Assembly: GCA_051362555.1 (NCBI GenBank)
Contig: CM120642.1
Location: forward strand, 31,992,001 to 32,056,000
Direction of reading: 5' to 3'
From: Lingula anatina
Lineage: Eukaryota > Animalia > Brachiopoda
DNA: 64,000 nucleotides
Shown piece by piece: positions 23,553 to 50,300 of the stretch; the stretch's first letter is position 1, and the number at the start of each line of letters is the position of its first letter. The translations under genes and the position numbers were made by a program. The notes below the pieces were generated by a model, which was not told where the DNA came from, made no database searches, and saw only the letters and a list, made by a program, of their open reading frames with translations.

Positions 23553-26396
23553 TACTTAATCTTTTTTTTTTGTTAAATGGTTAACAAGATTCCACCTTCT
23601 CAAAAATGTTGTTACTAGTAAACAGTTTTACTACCTATGGTCACAGTTTTGTAAGAACCTTTAGCCATTTTTTTTCTTTTTTTGTTAAATGGTGAACAAG
23701 AGAGGTTACTTTCTCAAAAATGTTACTTGTAAGCAGGTTTACAACATGTGGTCACATTTTTGTAAGAGTGGTACTCAGAACACAACAAAAGCAGGGTGTA
23801 GGTAAAACTACCACATCTATTTCTGTGGCAAATGTCATGATAAATCCATTCATTTTATTTCATTTGTAAATAGAAATATTGTGAGTGGATCTGATATGGA
23901 ACTTACCATTGTCTTTTTATTTTTGAATTTTAATGACTAAATAACCTCTACTTTTTAAATGGTAGAAAAAGGAATGTTACCCTCTAGAATAATTCTTGAG
24001 CCAAGTAAAGTATGTTGATAGGTCTCAATTTTATTTTTACCTTGAAATATCCCCCTCAGGCAGTGGCTACTCCATAATAGCCAAATACATTGTATTTTTA
24101 CAGGCAAAGTCAGTTGATTTACTCTTTAAATGTATTGTTTGATATCTAGTCTTTTAAATACATTGCAAATGGTCACATATTATCATTTTATAATGAACAG
24201 TTTTGTAACAAAAGGGCAAGTTGCATGTTTATATGAAAACATGTACCTACTATTTACTTGTTTTAAATTATTTTCTACAGTATATTGACATTTTTACATT
24301 GTGAGTTTTTTATCTTTTCCTTTTATATTTCCTTATCTTATAGAAGAGAAGTAGAGCGCTATTTGAGAGCCGAGTTTGGTTTATTTTGATCTCAGTATCG
24401 CATCCCACCATGCTTTTTAGGCAACTGATTTCCATGTTTTCCAAGATACGTGTATGCAGTCATTCAGATGTTTTTGATTGTTTGTTTGAAGTTATATTTC
24501 AAGTCAAAGTTACTGACTTAGTCCCATTTTTTGGAAATTTTTATGTTTTTAGATTTTTTTTAATGTTATGCCTCAAAAACCCTTATAACTTATAATATAA
24601 GCATAGGTAATGTGATAAATAATAAATGTTTTGTAAGCACAAAATTACAATGTGTCTTATTATTTTTTAATCTTCCTCAATTTAATTTCTGTCCACAAGG
24701 TTAATAACTAAACAAGAGATAGTATCACAATTTTCTCCTTTTATTCAGAAATGGGCTTACCCATATTGATAAAAGCATAAAGATGTGTACAAAACTTCTC
24801 CACAGATTCAAATAAAAGAGCTGTGTGCATGGTTTTATAACTAACTTCAATCAAATTTAACACTTAAAAACCCATTTAAGGCGTTTTGAGTTACAGCATT
24901 TAGATTAGAGGAACACTTATACTCAGACAAAGAAACACAGCATTGCGTGCATTGTTGCTCCTTTCTAAATAATCCTATCCTTTATACAGACATTCTCTGA
25001 GGTCAAAGAAAACAGAGTGATGATCTATTTTCCATTTCAAACATGTCTGATTTGAATATTCCTCTTGTTACCAAAAGCTACCTTACCCATCTTAAAAAAT
25101 AGCTAGTATTCTAGTTCTGCTCAGAGATAGTTGTACATTCACAATATGCAGTTATAGATATTGTTGCATAAAGTTTTTCAGTCTTACATTGTGCAGCTCT
25201 TCCCCGTTTGAGGAACATTTTCATTAAAAAAAGATCAAACATTTCAAAGGATGAAATCTTTAATACACAATATATGTTAAAACAGAGATTGACAACAGTT
25301 GACTTTGTTACAGAGAATACTAACCTTTCACATATTTATTGAACTAACAAGCTACATCCTTTAGTAGTATAAGAGAAGCTTTTTTTAGCAGCTTCAGTAT
25401 TACACTTATTTCTTACAGAAATATGTAGTTCAATGCTTATTTTTGCACTGGTATGTTTTAGAGCATGACAGAATCCCATTGTTTTTATTTAATTCAACTT
25501 ATTCCATATATCTCACCAAATTAATATTTAAAAATTCAAGTCAAATTAAAATATGGTCAATTTACAATTGTTAACAGTTTTCTCATTTTGGCTCTCATAA
25601 GGACCAAAAGCCAAAATACTGATCATGAGTTGAAACTATTCAAATGAATTTAAAATGGGGCATAAAATCTTAAAGATAAAATCAAAGCTCTGATGCTTGG
25701 TGGTTGTGATGGACTTTTAGAGTTTAAAAATGTGGCTGAAAACAAATGCAATGCTGCATATTGCACCTTTCTCAAAAATACATTTACATACTGACCCAAT
25801 ATATTGTACATAAGACTCATTATTTATACATGCTTTCACTTAAAAATATTATCACTTTTTATTGTCTTAACTGAAAAAATAGGGTCAAATTAACTTTAAG
25901 CCTTATCACATACAGCAGAAAAAGTCCATGTAATCAAAAGTTTTCCTAACATAAAAAATATCATTTAAGTGAGCTTACAAAACAATTGTTGCTGCAATTT
26001 CTTACAAACTTAATTGATCTCACCCATTATTCTTATGTATTTGAATTACAACATCATGACACTTAGGAATTCCATATATTGGAAGATGTGTACAAAAACA
26101 ACTTTAAAAGCATGGACCAGTTCAGAATGCTATTAACATCAATACTTTATCAAACTCGAGAATGTGGAAGATACAACAGCTGTGAGGTTCAGATAAAGCA
26201 ATCTTTAAACCCAACTTGTGACTTCATAAAATCACCCAACCCATACAGCATGCTAGCACTTTGGCTGATACAAATTTACAAAAGGATTCAATTTTCACAG
26301 GACTGACCACATAGCCATACTGCAGTACTATAATCCCAGTCACAATTCCAACGTTCACAGTATTATCTTGTATTTGGCTATTATGTGTTACACAAG

Positions 26397-26530
26397 CACA
26401 CCTAACACAGTCACACCCAACACAGTCACACCTAACACAATCACACCCAACACAGTCACACCCAACACAGTCACACCTAACACAATCACCCCCAACACAG
26501 TCACACCTAACACAGTCAAACCTAACACAG
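26397..26530. repeat. 15-bp tandem repeat (~9 copies) in the probable FAM102 3' UTR
   Basis: Unit CACACC(T/C)AACACA(G/A)T repeated head to tail. Confidence 0.9.
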
Positions 26531-27176
26531 ACAAGCTCAACATAAATATTCCAATATTTTACCACCAATTCCAATATGAAACAGATAAATCAATGAAAAA
26601 ATATTCACAAAAAAGGTCCACCCAACTTAAACATGCCAAAAAGAATTTTAATTGTAAATGCAATATTGTATTATAATTAAACCTCAAACATCAAAATTGT
26701 TTAAATAATCACTTCATACTTATACAGATATGTTGGCATTACAAATATGCAGGCCTTTCTCTACATACTGGTGATTATATCTCTTTCAAGACAACACATA
26801 AATTACTCATATTCACATACAATGCTTACTCTGTATTTGACCATCATCCCCGAGTTCCACATTCAATTGGAAAACTCTCTAATAAATGAATATGTTTCCC
26901 TCTTTGACTACAGAAGCAGTAATAGTAAGCATATGCCAGGTGGAGGAGGGGCACTGCCAGCTCGTTAACACTCAGAGTGACAAGTCTTGGCTAAATAAAC
27001 AAAAAGGTATCCTATTCATATGATGCATGTAAGTTATCTTATAAGCCTAGAAGTACGCTGCATGAGTTTCTTTCTTCTGGTTTGTTCTTCCAGTAAAACA
27101 CAGCTGCCCTAACAACGAAGATGACCATGGTTTGGTTTTGAATGTGACTGCAAAGTCATATGCCTGACATCATTTT

Positions 27177-27206
27177 GGGGGGGGGGGGGGGGGGGGGGGG
27201 AGGGGG
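27177..27206. repeat. Poly-G tract
   Basis: G24 followed by AGGGGG; G-quadruplex-capable on the + strand. Confidence 0.9.
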
Positions 27207-28107
27207 TACAGGGATTAGAAAATGATCCTTTCAGCCAAGAGCTCTGCTCTAAATCAAAAGTTGTAGGTTCTATGCCGTTATCATAGTAATAAGGTCCAAA
27301 GAGCACCCAATATAAAATTGTAATATTTGGCAATTGTAAATTGTAATTGTTGGCTACAATCCTGCATTTGCTGACCAGTATAGAAAATACCTGGCATTAC
27401 CATTATAGTAGCACATCATTAAAGTAATTACTCACCAATTTTTTAACAAAACTGATTTATAAAACAATAACCATGTCATAAATTGAATATGGTTATCCCA
27501 CACAACTGGGAAGCAAGTTGGGTTTATGTCAGAAAATGTGTAGTAGGAAGTTACTTTAAATGATAAATACTTGAAATTTACAGTCTTGGAAGAAAACAAA
27601 ACTAAATTTAGATGTTTAAAAAATTTTGAGCAATTTCTGAATTATCTGAACCTGTCTTTTTGCCCACATAGTCCTGTAAGAGATGTGTTGGCATGAGAAT
27701 TGTCCCGTGTCACCAATGTCTTATATGTGACATTTCTAATCCAGTGTCAGCCCTCTCCAAGATGTGTTGACAATTAAAATCAATCCTGTCACTACTGTCT
27801 CTTATGGGACATTTTAAAGACCTTGGATTCATATGGTACAGAGAAAAGGCCTTTAATATCTACCTCGGGTATATTTGTCTCCTAAGTGATCTAACATCAC
27901 ACAAACACAGCTGTCATCTTCATCAGTTTTAGTCACCATTTTGTGATATGTTTGTACTGAAATTGGCGTGGCTGAACCTGTAACGGTACCTTGTATGGTC
28001 CTTGTTGACACACGCTGTTACCCGTCACCACTTTCTGTGACATAAGTTCCACAGCTGCCTTGTGTACGACACAGCTGACACCAGAGTCTGGTGGAAAGTC
28101 AGCAGTG

Positions 28108-40706
<12,599 letters not shown>

Positions 40707-41305
40707 TTACGGTTGGATGTAACCTTAGATTTTTTCAATTCGGGATGTAAACATGGCTGTTATCTTATCTAAAGTCAGCGCACAGTGGTCTAGACGGATT
40801 ATTGGTTCCTCTCCTCTGCCGTCTTGGAAGGGTTTCTCTAAACGCGTTCCATTCTGATTTTCATTTAGATCAACTCCCTTATATCAAGTTTTCAGTGTGT
40901 AATGTTCAACTACTTTTCCCTGTAACACATTCCTCGCCTGGTATTTGTTACGCGTAGATTCTGTATTCCGTAATCCTATGATTAAGTCGACACACACAAA
41001 CCGTCCGCTCTAAACAAGCAAGCTGCTGGGTGTTGACATCTGAACTTTAGTCCCGCACTTAATAATCTTGGAGTGCCCGTCTGTCATAGATTCATTACAA
41101 ACGCACAACAAATAGTAACAGTGATACCATTTTATAGAAAAATAATCTGAAGAAAATTACAGCTTTGTTAGTTCTTTTGGTGATCCCTGTTTAGAGTCAG
41201 TATGCTTACTGATGTTGTTCACCAATCAAAACGGTCGAAGCTTTTTACTCCGTAGCACGAAATGTTGAAAACCAGACGAGTTCTGTCGAATAATCATATC
41301 TAGCA

Positions 41306-44300
41306 ATGTCTTCATCTGCCCCCGAGGGGCAGGAATCAGTCTCGGAAGAAGAGGGGACGAGGTATCTCGAGCTCTTTGAAAAGTTGGATGTTAACAAAGA
41401 TGGCAAAGTTGACATTGAAGACCTCAGTCGATCTCTTCGAGAGATGGAATCTTTCGAAAAACACTCTTGGGATCAGGTGCAGGATCACGCCAAGGTGGGT
41501 TAGCTTAAACACCTGTTAACACGGAATGTTCACAGAACACATTCGGGGAGAGGTGACACTTCAGTTAACTGGTGATTCTGAAACGCCAGTCTACGTCACA
41601 ATGGCAATTTTATTCTAGTGATGTGATGGTGAACTGTGTAGTCCCTTGTAGAGGCCATGCTTCACTGACTTTTGTTTTGAGAAAATCATTATTAATTGAG
41701 TATGACACGAATGACAGTTCATTCATTTCTTTCTTTTAATGGGTCAAAAAAATGAGGTCGGTCTTTGAATGATGATTAGATCAGTTGAGAAAACAGTGTA
41801 TATATGCATACTATTTGTCAATGATGTATTATCATTATTAAATATCAAGTAGTTCTATTGTTATTTTGACAGCAGCCACTTATAATGTATTATAACGTTT
41901 ATGTTAAAATTTAAATGTAAATGTTTAATTTGTAATTTTCCATTTTAGAAAATATTTGACAGAACAGACTTAGATAAAGATGGTCACATTACATTCAAAG
42001 AGTTTGTCCGCTATCTCTCAGAACATGAAAAGGAACTCAAATTGGCTTTCCACAAGTTAGATGAAAACAGAGATGGTAAGTGGTTTGTAATGTAGTTGTA
42101 TAGCCAGAAATCAGTATTGTTATACTATTGCTCATAAAACAGTGTGCTGCAGTGTAAGTATTAAAATATTTCACTCATTGCTCATCCAACTGACATCCAT
42201 ATTACTACTTATTCGGTACAAACAATGTGCAAGTAACTAATACTATAGGCAATAGTCTAGTATGAGGTTTGTGTAGTTCATAGACTTAAGTTATCAAGAT
42301 AGATGTTGAAGTGAACATGTCTAAGCCACATGTTATCTCTTATTTTCATTCATGTTATCTGGTATCTTTTTTGCATTTCATTTATACATTTGATATTGTA
42401 GTTAATATTTGCAGTTAAACAGACTTCAGAGTCATGTCCCCTAAGGCTGTTGTAGGATGTTCTTGTGTATGAATTATGCACCAGTATCTAAAGATTTATG
42501 TCTTTTCAGTATGATGCAATTTATATTATACCATTGAACATTTTACCAAGGTATTCAGGAAGTAGAATTCCAAAGTGTTTTTTCACCAGCCTTAATTGCA
42601 CTAGTTCCAGTAGTTACTATGCAGATTTATTAGGCTGGCAGATTAATACTCATTTTTTCAAGGTCACAAATTTAAATTTTATGCCAGTAAGTTCCATATC
42701 AATCTCATGTATACTTTGAGTACAAGAGAGTTAATGTCACAAGATTCAAAAGTGTCACATAGGCAGGGAAGAAATTGTCTATTAGTAGTACATGACAAAT
42801 ACTTGTTTGATTCTTGTAAAGAAAATACCTACAAGTTTCAGCATGAAATTTTAATCCATAATCAATGTTGGCTGTTTACCTTTAGCAAACTAACTGCTAA
42901 AGTCATGATACCTGCAACAAAGGAGAGTTTGATAGCCCAGATCCTGTATTGTTAAGATGGCATAACTGTATACTACAGGCTTGGAATGTCAAATACACGC
43001 TGGGCATTGTTATGTGCAGGGAATGAATGGGGTAAAACCTTGGAATTCTCTTGCTCTCACCTTCAAATCCACGAACTACAGATTTGTCCAACAGTAACAA
43101 ACTTCGGTGTGACACCGACTTATTTCTTGGTGTATGTAGTAGGTACGTTTAATTTACCATTATAATCTTCCCCAAAAGTTGAAGATGATTTACCTTGGTG
43201 GAGATAATGCTAATTTCAAAATATAAGGAAGATCTGTGCCAGAAATGTCATATAGTAACTGTTGCTTACCCCAACTTGTAGATCTATGTACCTGACATAT
43301 TTTTGTATTGATCTTAGTAAGAAGCTTTATCTTAACTCTGCTTTTCATTTCCTCTGTAGATAAAGGGTTATATGGCATATTGATTGCGGAGTGATATTTG
43401 CCTTTGTAGTTAGAATACTAATTTATATCAAGATACACAAACCCTGGGGATTACACCATGGAGGGTATGCAACTCCTAACGCCTGTCATGCTAAACTTTC
43501 TCCTCCATTGTTCAATCCAGATTATGCATTTTTAAAGCTAAGTGATTTTATGTGTAACAAGAAAATTTTCATTAAATTAATGACTGATAAGATGGTGAAA
43601 ATGATAAAATCTTTGTCTTTGGTGTATTTTGCCAAAAGTAGTGGTTGCTGCATGAATTCCAGCAAGCTTGTCATCTAGTTTATATAAAATTTATAAAGTT
43701 GTGTTCAGTTCTCAAAATTTGAAATCAGTCATTTATTGCATATTACTTGTGCTGAATAGCATATAGAAATGTGATTATCTTGTTTATTTACAAATGAAAA
43801 GTTTCAACGTGGTATATTGCAGTAATTTCAATCTAGTGCCTGGAATTATAAACTGTGTACTTGTTCCTGACCTGATTTGAACTCGTGTTGAAGGCACTAT
43901 GTTCACCACTTTTTCTGTATCCAGGACCTGAAATATGCATGCTTTGTCACAACCTTTTTTACAAAATGACTCTTCCTTTTTTACAAATTAGTGATAAATA
44001 TGCCAATAAAATTATAAATTTATTGTCAGAATTCAAAGTCAAATATTTATTTGAGTAACATAAACTATTATATAAAGTGTTAAGGTGACCTCAGAAATGG
44101 TAACTCGCAGGTCATTGGTGCATTATCTTGTAGCACATGATCATGCAGTGATGCTAAGGTCACTGCAGTGAAATATTTCATTGGTCATCAGAGATAAAGG
44201 TCTTCCAGTTTGATGCGGAAGTCCAGATATATATAAATGAATTAAACAAGGCTACATAGAGCTGTGATGGTGACAATATCTTTAAAATTTAAAAAAGGTC

Positions 44301-47300
44301 ATCTTCTGCCTCTGTGTCATTGTTAATAATAAAAATATGGTATTTTATCTGATTGCTGGCCTACTATAATATGAAATCACGCTGGCCTACTATATTATAA
44401 AATCATGCTACAGTTCGTATTATAAATATACTTTGTGTATTTTAGTAAGCATGTATTAGAACATGTAGGACCAGTAAGCTTTTATGTTGGTCTGATTGAT
44501 CAAAAACAAAAAAAACTATACCTCTTGCAAAGTGAGCCAGCTCTTGTTCAGTTTTATCAACATGGGGATTGCTAAGTTATCCATTATTGCTGGGAAGCAC
44601 TGAATTCTCAGCTGCACTAATACATAGTCTATGTTTGCATGGAATGTATCCAGATTGCAATTGCTGACTTGTCTAGGCAGACTCCCAGCAGCAGAGAAGG
44701 AAAATCTATGGGTTGTTAACATTGCAAAGGTTGTTTTGTGTGTTCAAGATGGATATGCCCTACTCAACCTTTCATCTCAACGTTATTTTACTTCCATCAT
44801 CTGCAACAAGTCTTTTAATGAATTAAACAACTGTGTCCGTGTACCCATGTGGAGTGTTTCTAGATCAATATGACAGTTGGCCAGACACTAATTTTCCAGT
44901 TAAATCTATGTGTATTCTGCAAGTGCTTGAGGGAGGCATTAATGGATGAAATTGTTGCTTATGCAACCAAATTGCACTCTTTCGGGAATGCTGTAACAGT
45001 CAAGTATTTTTCAGATATAGGGGTCTTTTGGACTGCTGGAGTTTTAGGTCTGATAGTCTGTCAGCTTTTTTTTTCATCCATCTCTCAGTCAATCTGTCTG
45101 TCCGTACGTCTTTTTGTTAGCAGCAATAGCTTGGAATCCCAACCATATTTTTCTTTCTTTTTATTTTATTTTATTTATATTGTGTTTTTGCTTGACAATT
45201 AATTTTCTCATTTATAAATGTTAAGTTCTGAAGACTATGCTAGTACATCAGTAGTCAGGCAGCTGGCCAGCCAGTACAGGTGTGCTAGTACTATCAGGTT
45301 CTGTAAGTTAACAACCTGCACCTACCTCTACCCTCTGCCATGTACTTCTGTTTGTACTCCCAGGCCCTTCTTACCTCGGGCAGTATTTAACTTATCCAGT
45401 CTGTACAGGTATACTTTTAGAGGTCCTAACATGCAAATCAGTCTACATTTTTTGTATCCTTTTCATAAGTTATCCACAAATATGCCTTTTGTTGTTTAGT
45501 TAAGTTGGCTAGTTGGTTGTGTCATGCTCAAATGCTCCATTTAGGTGACTTCCATACACAATAGTTAGGCTTTTAACATTAAAAGTGAACTGGTCCAGAT
45601 TAATGTATATCACTGGATGTGAAAAGGGCTACAAATCCATGACATTGAATCATTCAGTTTCTATCTGAAGTTTCTTATTAACTTTGTTTCATCATTATTA
45701 AAAAAGTTAATTTTAATCATTTGTTTTTTTTAATATATATTAGGTGTAATAGACTCCCATGAGATTCAAGCATCATTCAGAAAACTAGGCATTCATATAG
45801 ACAGGGAGGAGGCCATGAAGTTACTGCACAGGTAGGCAGTCATTACTTATCGTATTGACATGCTGAAGAATAAAAGCTTTTGTGCATTTTTGGGCTGCAT
45901 TGGTATAATGCTACATATTTGCAACTGGCACCTTGAACGATGATAAATAAGTTCTTAGATACAGGAAATCCTGACTGCTACAAGTTCAGTGTTGCTTAGA
46001 GAATATAGTTTAAAAGTACTTATATGCTTCAGTTGCAAGACCTCACTTATTTATTTTTATTTAACATTGCATTTTTGTTGAATTTTTGAAAGTAAAAGAA
46101 AAAATGCATGTCTCAAGTGCTTTGCCTGTCAGTGTCACTGTCAAGGGAAACAATAAGAAAAAACTGATAATTTTCAGGCCATTTTACATCTAGACATTTA
46201 ATAGCAGCAAAAGTATTGGTTAGGTGCTGCTAAAATGAAAAAAAAATTCAGAACAAAGCTCATTTTTTTACAATCCAAAATTATAGAAAGGTATTTTCAA
46301 TCCAGCCTGGTAAAATTCATTTAGTGTTGGTGAGCTGCATGATCACAAGAGAATATATATGGTCATATTTTAGGATGGACAAGGACAAAACCCTAAAAAT
46401 CAACTGGGATGAATGGAGAGATTACTTAACCTTTCATCCAAACTCGGACCTTCATGATATCGTGCACTACTGGAGACACGGGGTAGGTATTATTGACATG
46501 AGCACAACTTCTTGAAGGTTTAGAAAATCATTTACAGTGCTTAATTCAGAAATGTTGAAATTATCCATGTCCTGCTGGTCATATCTGATAGATACGATAG
46601 ATAGCTAGGATCAGTGAAAATTCTGCTCAATCGGTCCAAAGAACCAGTAACAGTTTTAAGAGCTGCCATTAAGAATTAATTGTCAGTCTGGCAAACAGGT
46701 CTTTGGTCCAGCAAACTTTTCATTCCTACAGGTCTGTACTAGTAACTGTTTTAAAATTTCCAGCATGTCTGGAACTCCTCTAATACAGGCACACGCTGTA
46801 ACCTAAACTTGGTCCCTGTTTTTCAGTCAGTGGAAATTCAGGTTAAGTTGCATTCCTTCAACAAGAAGTTGAACCCCAGAGTTGCTAAACATGTTTTGAT
46901 GACAAATATGACATTTAATTCTTGATATAGAATATCAGATATCAAAATAATCTTGATACATAAATAACTTTGGAATTTGGAATACATTATTTTTCAGAAA
47001 AAAACAGCACCTTAAAGTGTTTTTTTTTTTTCATTATTGAAAACATACTTTTGTTGCTGCTGATTAAACAGATGAAGGGTATTATTTTACTGAATTAGGG
47101 CAATGTTAAGATCTTAATATAATAATATGTTAAACTGCTATGAGATTTTAACATTTTGATCATTCTCTTTCTGGGGACAATGGCTATCACGATTCCCCTT
47201 TTATCCTGTTGTTAAATGAGGCATAATCCTTTATAAACCATGTATTATGTGTACTGAACAAATAGATTTGTTTACCTGTTTATAAAGGTCATTTACAGTC

Positions 47301-50300
47301 TCAGATTCAGTATTTTATTAATGTCCACAACCAGTACATTGCTGACGTAGATAAGTAGAAAGAATTAAGTCACCGTGACATAGATACCCAGTACAAAGCG
47401 GAAACCATGACTTCATGGAAATGCTATTTTTAGGAGAGATATCCTCATACTTTAGTGACGTCAGTCAGTTATCATGCCTCTCCCACACAAAAAAGTAGGT
47501 CACACTCCATTCACATGTTAGTACACACTGAACAGCATACAGCATGGATGGAATGGAGATAGGACTGGATTATTTTGACTCTTCTTCTTATGTAGTGGCT
47601 TTATTTTTGTTGAGGTTGAACAGGGAAAAATTAAAAATGGTAGGTTTTGTTAAAATTCTCTATTATTTATTGTATACTTAGTTGTAGTACATGTATTTGG
47701 TTTCAATATTGTGTGAAACTTTTGTTATAAATAGTATATTCAGGAAGATAAGTCTCACTGAATTTTTTGGTGATATATCCTTTTTCAGGAGAAACAAGAT
47801 TTTCTTTCACTTATCTAGTTTTTAAATGTTTCTCTTTCCTACATTTGTTCAAATTTTATTTGTTTTATTTCAGAACGGTGCAAAATTAAGTAGTTATCTT
47901 ATTTAAGGCTCACTCTCTAACATGTGGCAAGTAAGCTAAATGTTGAATTTCCCCTCCACATTTTTATTGATATTTTGGCACTGTCCACCGCCTAGGCACA
48001 TTTGACCATTTGAAATCTTTCTCAAACCCTTTTCTCACATTTTGATGAACACCTATGTCTCTCCTTATTCTGTTAACCTTATATATAAATAAGTTGTGAA
48101 AACGAGAAACAGTTTCTCCATTCTTTAGATGACATGCAAACATGTCTGTCCAATAGTAAAAGTTTGAGTGAGTCCTAATGTATTCATTCAAAATTTGAAA
48201 AGCTGAATCTACCTTTTGATTATAGTGTCTGTCAACAAGATCACCCTTTAAAAGCCTAAATGGAAAAAAGAGATTCATTTGCAAGGTTTGCTATTTCCCT
48301 TCAAGTTTATAGACTTTGGTGAAGACAGATTAGTTCCTGATGATTTCACAGAAGAGGAAATGCAGGAAGGGGTATGGTGGCGACACCTGGTGGCAGGGGG
48401 TGCTGCAGGGGGGTTGTCGCGGACGGTCACAGCCCCCATCGACAGGTTAAAGGTGCTACTGCAGGTGAGCACAGGAACCGTTTGTTGGTGCCGTTGAATT
48501 AACGCACTTCCGTTTTTTATTATTTTTTTCATATTAACCCATGACTGTTGATACGCGTCGCGTGTCAAGGTTATTCCAATGGATATGCATGGTGGATGGT
48601 GGCGGCACCTAATGGCCGGAGGTGCTGCGGGCATGGTGTCCAGGTCAATTACTGCTCCTATAGATAGGTTGAAGATCCTACTTCAGGTAGTGTGCCCCAC
48701 TGGGCAGTTTTAAATTTTTTTTCCACTCCTTTGTTGTACATATATTTGAAATACTATAGTTGAAATGTTTGCTGGGAGTGACAATATTTACTGCTGCTGG
48801 TTGGAAGAAAAAGGATAATGTAAGCTTGGCAGTTATTTGGGAAAACGTATTGCCTTTGGTTGAATTGTTGATTGGAAAACCACCTCTGGGTAAAGGGTAT
48901 ATGCATGAGCTTTTATTATGTGATGCACACAATGTATGCTTTTAAATGGGGTGTTCCCAATATAAATACCTGCCTATATAGATCATATTTGATGTGCAGT
49001 AATTTGTATGATATATATATTATATTATGTATATTTATACATTACCACCAGGTGTCTCTGGTGTATAAGCTGCAATAAACTTCACTATATTTGTACTGCT
49101 TTTTTATATCAGCTAGCATGTAGCCTTTGTGCATGTGATTTTTCTCTCCCAGCATGAGATTTTCACCCACTTGAATAATGTTGTGCCTTTTAGCAAAGTA
49201 CCTCACATTGTTTCTATAGATAAGTAGAAGTTGTGAAAAGTATACTAGCTTTGCAAACATGTCTTGTTACCCTACATAGAGAGTAATGTAGGCCTCGTTT
49301 TCACCTCAGCTATAATGTAATTATAAAATTTAGTTTAGATCTTAATTTTCTGCTTTTCTTTCCGCTTTCTCTAAATAAATGATCTTTAGTAATATCTTTT
49401 AGAAATGGTGATAAATAACAACTGCATGTATTGATTTGTGTGAAAACAGTTGCGAATGCTATTTTGAATTTAGCAATGTGCATTATGTACATGGATAGGC
49501 TAGAAACTTTATCTGGTTTGCTTACTTATTATACAACATATTTAGAACTACTTGATTTAGATTGAAATAGATTCCTGCATGGCAGATCCAATTATATTGC
49601 ATATTACGCACCTCAAAACTCCTACTTGTTCATAGAGCCTGGAGATAATACAGATTGCACTATAGATGGCAGCACCTGACTGTCACATTTTTTTCCCCTG
49701 CCTATCTTTTTTGCATAGTCAATGCAAAAGGTGGCAGCACGTGCCACCACCACCACCATCTATCCAAGGTAAAGCTTTTATATTCTCTTCTAAACTGAAC
49801 TGAAGGCTATGAAACAATCTTAGGTGCAAAATTATGATGATAATTCCTTATCAAACTGTTGAATTCTCTTTGGATAATATTTTTGATTTCTTATGGAAAT
49901 ATTTTGCTGGTGCATTTTATTTTCAAATGGAAATTTATTTGCCATGTGTAGTTTAATTGAATATTTTCTTTTAGGTGAAGGATTCTATCTGTAATTTATG
50001 TAAAAATGATTTTCTCCTTATGGGTTATTATTACTAACACTTGTAATTTCACCATTCCTTTAGATATTACTTATAGCACTCATTGAATTGTATGTTGACA
50101 AAATATTATACCATACCTAAGTTAACATGATCTAATAATTATTGATTTATTATTTAATGGTGCAAAACCTTTGTTTTTATCTTTTTGATTTATACTTATT
50201 TTATTATTCCAAAATTTCCTTTGAAATTAGTGTGATTTGTTTTGCATTGTTTTTAGTTGCAGTGGTTTGAATGAGCTCTTTTCTTATTTTTGAAGATTAT

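Noticed and set aside
26224-26676. Cys-rich (CDCVR/G)n and (TPNTV)n ORFs suggesting metallothionein- or mucin-like proteins
   Set aside because: Both are translations of a 15-bp tandem repeat in the probable FAM102 3' UTR, with no splice or other support.
44631-45499. Several plus-strand ORFs in SCaMC intron 2 as possible alternative first exons
   Set aside because: No EF-hand-like content or convincing in-phase donor matching exon 3 was found.
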